From Mycobacterium leprae TN (GTDB lineage Bacteria > Actinomycetota > Actinomycetes > Mycobacteriales > Mycobacteriaceae), in contig NC_002677.1 in NCBI RefSeq assembly GCF_000195855.1, forward strand, positions 330,001 through 362,000: a DNA stretch of 32,000 bases. The letters run 5' to 3'. Shown piece after piece: positions 12,350-23,006 of this stretch. Every line of letters starts with the position of its first letter. Within the stretch, counting starts at the first letter, position 1. The notes under the pieces were generated by a model. The model did no database searches. It saw only the letters and a program-made list of their open reading frames with translations, and was not told the origin of the DNA. The translations under genes were made by a program, and so were the position numbers.

Positions 12350-13320
12350 AGCGGTTAACTAATGGTCTCGAATGCATGGCATATCCCTATTTTTCGCATC
12401 AGACCACGATCTGCTTGGGCATGACGATGGGCTTGAACCCTTATCGCGGCCCGGCATACGCGCTGGCGCCCTTGGCGGTCGCTGTCATACCCAGTCTACT
12501 CGAACATCCCGGTGACCGATTCGGCTTAGTTGGGTACGATCCAGCTACTGCCCTCTAGTTGGAGTGGTCGCCGAGTCCGGGTCCGACGAGCGGCGCGTTG
12601 CCTAAGCTTGTCGGCACTGCCATATTCGCCAACGCCGCTTTCCCTGCGGTGGTCGCACCTGAAGCGCCAACAACGTCACTGGCGACAACTGCTGGCGCTA
12701 CGGTGCCAAGTGTATGTTCCAGCGGCACTGTGGTCGGAATGGTGGTGCCAACGCACCAAGCCGTAGTGGCAGACTTGCTGGACGCCATCCATTAAGTATC
12801 AATTAGAGTCAACAAAAGACCGTTGACTGCATTCTCGAAAGCTTGCATTTCGGGGAGCAAAAGGCTCCATACAGTCGAACCAGGAGCAGTCAGATTAGCA
12901 AGCAACCACACCGCGTTTGCAGGCTAGAGGTTAGAGTGGAAAGCCACCCCCGGATTGGGGAGGACGCCCCCAGGCCGGCTAACTGCGTTAGGTTGCAGGG
13001 CCGTCTCACCAGGATTAGTGGCCTGTGTCGCCGGCCTCAGCGGCTGGAGTGAGTAGGCCGCGTAGGTATTTTCGGCGGCGTTTTAGACCCACATCTCGAC
13101 GTAGTGAGCCGCGGTGGCCATGCTTACTGGCGTGTTGATACCCACAGGAGTTCGTCGTTACCAAAAACCGGCCAGCAACGTCTTATTGGCGGTGATCGCC
13201 TCTGGGGGCAGCGTCACCATAAACGACTTCTCATAAGCGGCCGCCGTTGTGGTGCTAAGCTAGTTCACATATGGTTGGGCTGCTGTCGTTCCCGCGCAGG
13301 TCCATTGTTCGCCGGTTAAC
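12350..13320 (-). pseudogene. Decayed PPE family gene (PPE15-like)
   Basis: Minus-strand fragments 'TRLTGEQW', 'AAQPYV', 'TTTAAAYEKSFMVTLPPEAITANKTLLAGF', 'GINTPVSMATAAHYVEMWV*NAAENTYAAYSLQPLRPATQATNPG' match the order of PPE-domain motifs (AAAYEAAFAMTVPPPVIAANR..., [30 protein letters not shown]). C-terminal Ala/Gly/Pro-rich segment at 12555-12788. Confidence 0.85.
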
Positions 13321-13341
13321 CTGGTGTCGATTGACTCCATA

Positions 13342-13993
13342 TTATGTAGGACGGCTGAATTGCTCAATTCCGCCCGCGGCAATCGGCATTGGCCCTATGC
13401 CTGTGTGAGCCACACCAGAGGCCGGCCGGCCTCGTCGTTCCGGTGAGGTCCGCGGCGACCCTGCTGCACTGGCGGCGTCCCTAGCGTCAACTGGAATTAG
13501 ACCGCCACTCGCTATCCCAGTCATGAACGACATAGCGGAGGACCAGTTCCCATCCTCATAGTTTAGCAAGTTCGCCAAGTTAACATACAGGATCAACAGG
13601 TTGCTGCTGGCGCTGCTGACAGTGGTCTCGACCATTGTGTCCATCTAGTTGATAGTTAGATCAGGGCATTGATGGGTCCATCAGGACCCAGCACTGGCCG
13701 AGGATGCGTTGGCGGCTTAAGCGGTTCCATACGTACTGGCGTGAGTCCCAAGGTGTTTATAAATTGCTCTTGAATCGCTTGGGTTTCGGCAGCGAACTGT
13801 TGATAAAGAGCGCCATAGGTAGCAAGGATCTTTTTCTCCAGGGCGTATATCTAGTCGGCGGCCGTGGGGCTGCCGGGTTCTGGGCGACTGTGCATGGGTT
13901 TTCCGCTATCAGTGAACTGCCTATCGTTGCTAGTTGTGTCGCAGTGGTGGCTAACTCTTTGGATATCGCTTTTAGAAATAACATCAATTGTTC
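13342..13993 (-). pseudogene. Decayed PE family gene (PE8-like)
   Basis: Minus strand N-terminus 'MMLFLKAISKELATTATQLATIGSSLIAEN' (PE: MSFLKTVPEELTAAAAQLGTIGAAMAAQN) and C-terminal fragment 'NLANLLNYEDGNWSSAMSFMTGIASGGLIPVDARDAASAAG'. Confidence 0.85.
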
Positions 13994-14339
13994 CTACGGT
14001 GTGACGCTTCCAACCCAGGGATCGGACCGACTTTGTGTTTGCGTAGGTTCCCCTGTGTATTGTTGTAAGGGCAGTGATCTACGTCTTCGCAGTTCTGACG
14101 AAAGGTTCAGGGGAACTGATATTTACGACGTTCTTAGCGCCGACGCGGGCAGTTTTAACAAGCTCCGATCGGACTGGACATGGCGGCATCATCTGGTTCC
14201 CATTGGAGGCACCGGTTAATGCGCGTGGCGTGCGGATCGCTCGCTAAACGAAGCTTCAACGCACGTCGGGTAACGCGGCGACATCGCTTTGGGATGCAAT
14301 GTCCCAGAAACGGCTTCCGCACGTTAGATTCTTCGCCGG

Positions 14340-14413
14340 GCCCCCATAGCCCAATTGGCAGAGGCAGCGGACTTAAAATCCGTCAAGTGTCGGTTCGAGT
14401 CCGACTGGGGGCA
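14340..14413 (+). tRNA. leuX: tRNA with anticodon TAA, presumptive tRNA-Leu, short variable loop
   Basis: Acceptor GCCCCCA/TGGGGGC; anticodon arm GCGGA-CTTAAAA-TCCGT (anticodon TAA); variable region CAAGT; T arm GTCGG-TTCGAGT-CCGAC; discriminator A; CCA not encoded. 74 nt. Confidence 0.9.
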
Positions 14414-17400
14414 CTGGTAACACGCAGGCTGTGCCGATGCAACCGGAAGGTTGGAGATTAGGCTTGCGGTGCTGTTGGCATGGCGCAAGCGTCAATCTCA
14501 GCTGTGTCTGCGAAGGTGATGGCCACTAGCGCATTCTAGGAGTTGGTGTCAACGATCGGTGTGGCAGCAGCATAGCGATCACCCAGCTGCATCCAAAGCA
14601 GGTGGGACGTTATGTCAAACGAGCCGATTCCTTCGCAAACAGGTCAGAAACATGGGGAGGGGGTATTCTGACTGTCATATTTGGCATTGGTGCCGGGGTT
14701 GACTGGCAACGTCATATTAGAGATGTCGCTTTGCTGGTGGCGCCTGGGCCTGGAAGTTCAGGGTTAGTTAGCTGGCGAGCGCGGCGGCTGCGTGGGGAGG
14801 GGGTAATGGGGACTGCCTTGATCGGTGAAGTGTCTAATCCATCTAGGGTGCCTTGACGACACCAAGTATCACCGTACATGCGAAGTACCGGCCATCGAGG
14901 GGTGAAGCCTTTGTTCTCGTAAAACGAGTAGAAGTAGTGCGCTCGATAACTCTCTTTGGCGTAACACAAGTCGACGTCATCTTCGGACTGTGAGCGGACA
15001 GCATTGTCAAGCAAGACGCTTCGGACATCTCGCCTTGGTTTTCTATTGCGATATAGAGCGCGTTGATTTTGAGATTATGGGGGTTAACTGGCTCTGGTCC
15101 AAAGATGCTTATGCCGATGAGCCTGTTAGTCGGTCTCGGCAAGCCACATTGACTACCCAAGTCGATTTAGCTTGTGGGCATGCCCGTCGTAGCTCCAGTT
15201 TTGCTCACTGAACATGTCAAGCACATAGGGTGTCAGGATTCCGGCGTAGGACTGTCGCCTACTCGGTTAGTGCATCTTCACGACGCGGTCGTAGTCTGGG
15301 GGCTCCGCTTGCCGGATCTGGATATCGTCGGGAATCTGTGTTGCGCTAACTACGCTAGTTACTTGGTTATCCGTTGGTAAGGTTCAAACACCCGGTCACC
15401 GGTAATCTGTTGGGCATGTAATTGAAATCGCTTGTCCAGCAACGGGTAATAAGTCTGTTTGGCAGCTAACGCTGCCGCATTGTTTGTACCTAGACGCCAA
15501 TCGGGGTCAATGCCCATGCACTGACTCAGTGTGAGCGTGCTGTTTGGCTTTGCGCCGTGGATCGTCTATTGGGGTGCTGGTTGGTAACGTCCCCTTTACC
15601 GCTGAAGTGTTGGTAGCATTGGCAATCGCTGTCGCGGCTATAGGCTGAGTGACAGCGTCACCGGAAAACGCCAACATGCGCTCGGAATCGAGTACTTTCC
15701 AAAGTTTTTGGTGCTGACAGTTTTGGTATTTGCGCTCACCGAGTCGTTCACCACCAGCTGGATAAAGCAGTTTAGCATCGCCGGGATCTTGTGGGTGGTG
15801 CTCATTGGCCAGCTGACCGGCGAACTGTTTGTGCGTGACTTCGCAGCCGCGGAACGGCCTGACGACGTGGTCAAGACTCAGCTGTTCGCCCGGATCGTTA
15901 CGCTACTCACCTGGATTTAGGGTGCCGCTTTAGCCGGCATTACAGTCTCGTCGGCGATCCCACCGATCGTGCAGGGCCTGGCGGGAACCTACGTCACTAT
16001 CCTAGATACTAGGACTTCGTTGTACCTTCGTCTGCTAAGGGGTTATTCTGTTTTCGTTGTTTGGTGTGGCGGTGATAACGTCGCGTTTTTTTGCTCGACC
16101 GGATGCTAGCCGAAGTCGGCGATCTCTCCTGGGAAGTATCGTTCGTTGCCTACGACGAAGCCACCATCGATGCGCAGGAACATGCCAAACGCGAAGTCGG
16201 CGCAAGTATAACTTAGGCCTACGACGTGACGGTCGGAGGGATGGAAACACCGCTGACCGGGGACGATTCCCGAAAATTGTGGCCCTAGATCGACAAGGTC
16301 CGCGAGTGGCGACAGGAGACAACACCCCAACTCGGTACCGTTTCCACCAAAACGTGCTACAGTCGATCTGCTCCGAAGACCTGTTCAGCGGCTCCGCCGC
16401 TTGGATATGTTTACGCTTGGATATGTTTAGTTGCGGCGGGGTACACCCGGATATCTGTGTGCGTTCCACATTTTGTTGCGACCAAACAACATAGGGGCAC
16501 CGCTGTGAACGCACCCAACAGATGCTATTCGCGGAGAAACAGTCACCATTACCAATAATGGCCGCGACCAAATCGAGGCTTACCGGGCCGAGCGCGTTAG
16601 CATTGAACCGCACAGCGATTGTGCGTGATCGTCCGAACTCTCTTTCCTCCAAGGACCAGTAGGTGACATATGACCACCGGCATAATTTTTGGGGGGAACT
16701 GTAACTGCCCTCAAATGGTAGCTGTGCGAAGAAAAAGCCAGTTCGCACCTCTTCGAATTCGTTGCTATCTTGACTCGGCACTAGTTGTCACTACTACACA
16801 CATAGCACATACGCGTTATGTGTGGTAAAATTTTCATGATCTTTATTAACTATATGGCACTGGCGGATGGCTGCGCGGGGTTCTTGCGCGATGAGAGCCA
16901 CCCACAGTGTGTGTAGTTGTGGCCGTCGTGGCTGCACTTGGCGTTTGGGGCTTGCCAGAGCCACCAGTCAGCCGCGCGAGTGTTTGACATCGAGGGCGAC
17001 CGCCCCGTAGTGGGCACCGTGCGATTCGACAGGGATCGGCTGCGGTGGGTCGAAAAGGACAAGCCGATCTATGGTCCCTCACGCAACCCGCATTCGTAGA
17101 TCGACGGTCGCCGCACGCACCGCCATGTTCGGGGAGAGCTGGACAGTCATCTTCGCCGATACTCGATCTACTGTCCTGCTATTCGAAACCATTTTACCAA
17201 CGAGGGATTATATCGATCCGGGCGATGCCGCCTTCGAACATGTAGAACCCAGCTCGATGCAGAAGCTGTATCCATACACGGGGGGGGGGCTATTGGGCTA
17301 CTGGTCAGTGTGGGAGAGACACCAGATGTATCCTGTTTCCGGGTCTGGCGTCGACGTAATAGTATACCATTACTTCCTGTTACGTCGATCGCTAGCCCGG

Positions 17401-17649
17401 TGTCCTTCTATAACGAGAAATTCGATATTATTGTCCGTCGATAGTAGGGTCCCGCTGCGATAGCGTAACCGATTCAGCTGATTGCCGGCCGGTTGTTCGT
17501 CGTGCGGGTAATAGATCGAGTACGTCGCGCCGAGCCGTCATTGCTGGTGTTGCCACCTGGAAGAGCGGCGACGGCAAGGTCTGGTTCTCTCAGTGCAGAA
17601 TCTGGATAGACAACGCTGTTTCGACGGTTAGTGGTGAAGAGTACCTACG

Positions 17650-18400
17650 ATAGGGGAAAGCTGGTTGACGTAGTCGTTTCCGGTGCGGACTCAAACGGTC
17701 TAATGATCGCATGTGAACTGGCGTTGTGCGGCGTGCAACCGATTGTGCCGGATTGTTTCGCCAATCCCGGCAATAGAGTGCAAAGCCAATGACTTTGGCG
17801 GCTAGTTAATTCGGATGATTGATATGCGTGGGCTCTATCACGAGTTCGGTGGTTAGTCTGGTGCACATCAGCCGGTTGTGGGTGGTGTGTGCGTCGTGAT
17901 TCCATTGGTTTATGCTCAGGAGCTAGGCAATCCGATGCATTGTGTTGCCGATGTGGCAGCTACGGTTTAGTGCGGCTACTGGAACGATGCACTCGCAGTC
18001 TCGGCGTCGCCGTCCGCTGGCGTCGCGAACTCACCCAGTTGGTCGGGGACAGCGGCATCACGTTGGTGGTTGTCGGACCTGACGGAGGCTATACACTCAC
18101 CATCAGGTACATACTCGCCGCCGACGGCTCGCACAGCTGTGTCCGCAAGAACGTTAGGATCGAGTTCCCCGAGAATACCGCTTCTGTCGTTATTCATGCC
18201 AGTAACGTGCACATTCCCGATCACCTTCGTGCCGTCGACAGCGTTGTCGGCGTCTTCGGGTTTGGCGTAGGCAGTATCCTTTATATCTGTTTTCGGTCCC
18301 TTGTCATCCGGGCACCACCGATTTGAGCAAGGGGTGTTGGTGCTTTTGCTCGACCTGTAGCTGGGGTGCTCGCTGGTCGTGACGATGGAGTTCGGCGACG
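17650..18400 (+). pseudogene. Decayed FAD-dependent (aromatic-ring-hydroxylase-type) monooxygenase
   Basis: Plus strand: 'VDVVVSGADSNGLMIACELALCGVQPIV' (degenerate GxGxxG Rossmann start) and 'LERCTRSLGVAVRWRRELTQLVGDSGITLVVVGPDGGYTLTIRYILAADGSHSCVRKNVRIEFP' (GADGxxSxVR-type motif as AADGSHSCVR), in different frames with stops. Confidence 0.75.
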
Positions 18401-18534
18401 ATCCGGTTCCCGGCAAGGCTACCGTGACTTTGCTAATGCTCTAGAACACCCTGTGTCGGCTACTTGCTCGATTACCGGGCTCGCTGGGTGGTGACTACTG
18501 GCGGTTGTGTTGAGGTTAATGTTAGCGCGGACTC

Positions 18535-19414
18535 GTTGTGGGGGTGGAGTAAAGGGTGGTGGGTCAGTGTATTGGCGGGTCGGTGCGTCAGGTCGCAAAG
18601 GTCGGTATCGATGCCGTGGTGATGCGGGTATGAGAGTCGTTTCGAGGTCTTGGTCTCACGCTGGGGTTGTACAGCGATTCTGTGGTAGGGCGTTGTCTTG
18701 TGGTTGATCATGGCCGCAGTGATCACATCAGTGCTGTGGTCCTTGGATAGGTGTAGCAGCTGCACGAATCCGCTACTTGTGTTCGGCCAGGGCGCCGATT
18801 TGGGGGTCTAATTTTTGCCGATGATTACATCATCCGCCCAATGCTATGAGGTTAGAGCACCACACGGTCGTGTAGTTTTCGCGGGACGTGCACTGGTGGT
18901 GGCCATACCTAGAGAATAATGGTGGTGCCCGGTTTTAGCGTGCTGTGCCCTCAGCGTGCGGAACATCCACCCAGTGCGCACATGTTGGTTGAGCTTGGAC
19001 TCGATGTTGAAGTGTTTTATAGGACACCTGCATCTTTCGGGCCGGTCGGGATAGGTTTTGGGCCAACACCCCCACAATTTGTTCGGGACTGTACTTCTTG
19101 GCCAGCACACATGTCTATCTCCGTACGCAGCTGCCCACAACGCTCACCTTGCCGGCCTTTAAAGCCACTGGCCCACTGCTCACTGCATAGCTAAGCAATA
19201 CAAGCTCAGTAACCCGATTGAGCGTCTTAGCCAGCATAGTTGGTGTCGAATCAGTGCAACCCCCAAAGCAACCCGCAAACACGCGGGCCCCACCCTTGCT
19301 GGTGATCTCACGCACGATCCCCACCCCCACCCAACCCAAACGAACGGTTAACGATCGATCACATCAACTCACAACACTGCAACACACCGCCACCCTTTAC
19401 TCCACCCCCACAAC
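18535..19414. repeat. Approx. 880 bp interval bounded by a 25-nt exact inverted repeat; possible dispersed repeat or element remnant
   Basis: GTTGTGGGGGTGGAGTAAAGGGTGG at 18535-18559; its exact reverse complement CCACCCTTTACTCCACCCCCACAAC at 19390-19414. Confidence 0.55.
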
Positions 19415-20954
19415 AGAACATGCACACAAAGTACAATTCAACCCCGAGAGAGCGCTACGTTATGCGGTCTCGGTGCTCTGCGGTCAACGTGGTCAGGAAA
19501 GACAGTCACTTACGTGCATTACACCCCACCAGAACCCCAGAATCATGAAATACTGAGGCTGGAAACGGTATCTGGCGTTGAGTGGCGCGCTCCAGTCGCT
19601 GGCCCGCGTGCATTCCTAGGCGACTGATCGTGGAGAAAATCTCATACCTCTATACTTTTGTTTCTGTCCTACAACGTAGCTGACAGTATACATGGTGCAT
19701 GTCCTGCTTGAATGCATTGTTGTCGATCGAAAGACTATTTACGAATGTCCAGTCATTATGAAGGAAAATCCGAGGTAGAGATTATCCCTACCTAACCGCT
19801 GACGACATCAAGGAATACTTTAGAAATATTACGCGACAGCGCAAGCCGATCACGCGATCCGGATCCCGTCGTAGTCTGTGCGTTTCTGATCGATACGCAG
19901 TTTCCGCCAACGTTAGTTCAGACGCTTATCACGTCTCCGGGCATGTGAAGGAAATCAGACTGGGCGATGCATCAGATCGGACATCTGACGCTATGCCATC
20001 CAGTACGACGCCGTGCTCGTCACAAAAGATGAGGGCTTCTCTGACATGTTTCTCCTAAGAATAAGAACCAATGCTTCCGGCGTGGTGTGTGGATCCGTGT
20101 CGGTAACACGCTACGCCAAGCACTGCTTAAATGGTTTGAGCCGACGATTCACCGATATCGCTAAGCTGGAAGATAAGGATAACAGTATTATCGAATTGCA
20201 TTGAACAGTATGGCTTTAGGTAATGTCAGCCGTACTCGAAACTTCATCAATTCTGTTCAATAATTCTGTTCAATAGTCAAAATCAGACACCGAAGTCCCT
20301 GTTACCACACTCCATACTCCAGCCTTTCACGAATATGAAAAATAACATATCAATCTTTGCCAACAAGAAGTTGTCCACTTAGATAGTAGGAAAAGGCGAT
20401 ACTTTGCTTATTATAAATTGTGAATGCCAGCGTAGAATTCCTCGAAAATCCTACGTTGACAATCTAGTTAAGATTAGCTAAAGCCACTATACTTATCCAC
20501 ACCTATCCACTTCTTCGTTAAGGCGTTACGACGAGTGAGTTTCCCGCTTTACGTGGTTCCATGACCGCCGGGCCGATGCCCAGCAGACATGCCGCGTACA
20601 GCCCGACAAGCACTACGCCTGTACCCACCGCCTAACCGGCGTGACGCTTAACCAAAACCGGCGCGGGCGCGCATACCCTGCCTAAACTAGGTATTGTAGG
20701 CAAGCCTAACGAGGTACCACCAACCCTGTAGAAGGTGCTGCACTTTTCGATGTCCCATATCTCCCTTCCGGGAGCGGAAACTGACGCACCTTGGCACAGG
20801 TACCTCGTCATTTTACGACGATCCCAGGCAACTCCTGGTCGACGAGATCACCGAATCCGTCGGGCACAGTAGCCGAACTCGACAACTCTTACAAGTAACG
20901 TCGTATCCGCTGAACAACGTGGACAACACGCTTAGACTTCCATTAAGAATTTCG

Positions 20955-21892
20955 TCGTATATGTGAGCACGTACATACAGTCACGAGTGATGGCCAGTTT
21001 TTCGTTGGTTGGCACCACAAGGACAGCAATCGGTGAGCTGTCCTGAGAAATGCACACAATCCCCCAGCTTTGGGCCTTGAGATCAAATTCCAGCCCTAGT
21101 CAAGCATGATGTCGAGTCCCGCTATGCTGAGTAACGCATCGCTACGCACCGTCGGGTTATTTTCGTCGATCCCTACGGTAAAGCTCACTGCATCAGTATG
21201 TCCCAGCATCGCAAGGTAGGGTCCGATGTACTTAGGTAACCGATTACGATGACCACATCGTGTGCTAAAATTATGCTGCACTGCAGCTTGATTCTATACA
21301 TCTCTTGTGGTGGAGAGGAAATAGCGCTTCCCGGTTAACCTGCCGGCTCCGACTGGTGATTGAGCATGGACTCGATCTCGTCGACATCTGTCTGAGCGCT
21401 GAGCCACAACTAGCTGATGACGCTAGGGGGCTATATGCATCACCGCGGGTGTTCATAACCAAACTCTCCAGCGGAGGCAGGATCACGGAAGTGTCGAGTA
21501 GCCTACTGACTGCGACCTCCTACCAAGGCTCCGGGACTTAGTTGCAACACAATCTGATTAAGACTGTGGTACGAACTGTCCAGGAAAGCGGCGGCCGGCC
21601 CGCTCACTTACCGATGCGACGTGCCATAAAATCCATAGCGGCGAATCTACTATCGCTCGACCAGCCGACGATCAATGGCGTATGTTGCAGCCGCTGGTTA
21701 TAGATCGTGAAAGAAAACTATGGCGAACACCACGATACGCGGAATGCTGTGCGGCCACTTTCGTGTCACCTCGAGTTCTTGCACCGCAGACGTCTTATGC
21801 AGCGTGGACAAGAGGCTGGCTTTACTCTCGTTGCCGACGTACACCACCCGATGCCCAACCGCCACCAGCCTGCAGTTCTGCAGGTCAACACC
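20955..21892 (-). pseudogene. ackA: Acetate kinase pseudogene, N-terminus deleted
   Basis: Minus strand: 'GVDLQNCRLVAVGHRVVYVGN', 'VVFAIVFFHDL', 'LPPLESLVMNTRGD', 'KYIGPYLAMLGHTDAVSFTVGIDENNPTVRSDALLSIAGLDIMLD*', 'QDSSPIAVLVVPTNEKLAITRDCMYVL', spread over frames. Confidence 0.93.
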
Positions 21893-22990
21893 CGATCGAG
21901 TATGTTGCTGCAAGCAATAGGTGACCATGGGCAGTATGGCAGCAGTCGGGATCGGGATGGCAAGCTGGGTCAACAGGTCCGCAACATCAACGTGGCGGTA
22001 CATCAGTTCCAGTGCAGATCGACCTTGTGCTGGCACGGTTGCCGCAAGCCGAGGTGGCCACGCTGGCCGTTCTGTAGGTACCCAGGGTGGTGGTGATCGG
22101 CAACCTCAGCCGCAGCCCCGATACCAACGCCGCGATCGACGGCTGCAGTTCGAACACACCGTTTAGGATGATGCACGAAAACTCCAGAAAACCTTTCGGC
22201 GGAATGGGAACTGGTTACGGCAAGCGCCACATCAGAGCGGTCACTGGGGTAATGACCGTCATCCCATCACACCGCCGTTCCAGCACATGGTCGGCGGGCA
22301 TCCTGGCGACCAACATGTCGGTGACCGCGCAATCCCACAGAGACACGTCACCGCTGACTGGCGTCCCGGTCACGGCCATCTTCAGTTCAGTCACGATCGA
22401 CGTCGCCAACAGGATCCGGGCTGGACAGCGTATAGCTGGGAGGGACGAACACGCGCAACGCCTCGCGCACGGACTCAAGTTGTACCGGTGGGCCACCACC
22501 ATCGAGGCGTGGGCACGCGGGGTGGCCAGTCTCTTAGGAACACCACCGACAAGACAACACCTACGAAAGGTGGTCGGGGCTGCGGGCATTGGCACTCACC
22601 GCGAGCAGCATAGGCGCTCCCTAGTTGACCGCGATGCGAACGTTGACCGAAAGTTTCAGTGGGATAAGCTCCCACTCCCAGGTCAAGGTAATCGTTGCCG
22701 ACAATCACGACGATGTCGCATGCCTCGGCCATCGCGTTATACTGTCGATAAGTCACACTAAAGCACCAGTTGATAGAGCAAACCCGGGGCGGTGTGAGCC
22801 AGCAGTAATTCCAGAGCGTAATGTAACAGATATCATTGAACCGAGTGATCGGCCAAACCACGCCGACTTTAGCGATCGTGGTGTGCAAGTAGGCTTCGGG
22901 GTCGTCAAGGGGTACCGATCTCGGGATGTCCAGTGCGATCGTCACCTTGCCGGACGCCGATTCAGGCGCGGCAATCGAGGTCGCCGGATT
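21892..22990 (-). pseudogene. pta: Phosphate acetyltransferase pseudogene, C-terminal catalytic half deleted
   Basis: Minus strand: 'ATSIAAPESASGKVTIALDI', 'TIAKVGVVWPITR', 'YNAMAEACDIVVIVGNDY', 'VSGDVSLWDCAVTDMLVARMPADHVLERRCDGMTVITP', 'ALELMYRHVDVADLLTQLAIPIPTAAILPMVTYCLQQ'. Confidence 0.93.
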
Positions 22991-23006
22991 CGGCGGCAGC
23001 CTGCCT

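Noticed and set aside
17071-17463. 130-aa plus-strand ORF around the G10 tract
   Set aside because: Sequence composition and lack of any recognised motif suggest a chance ORF in decayed DNA.
22087-22761. 224-aa plus-strand ORF
   Set aside because: Antisense to the pta pseudogene, whose recognisable motifs lie on the opposite strand; most likely fortuitous.
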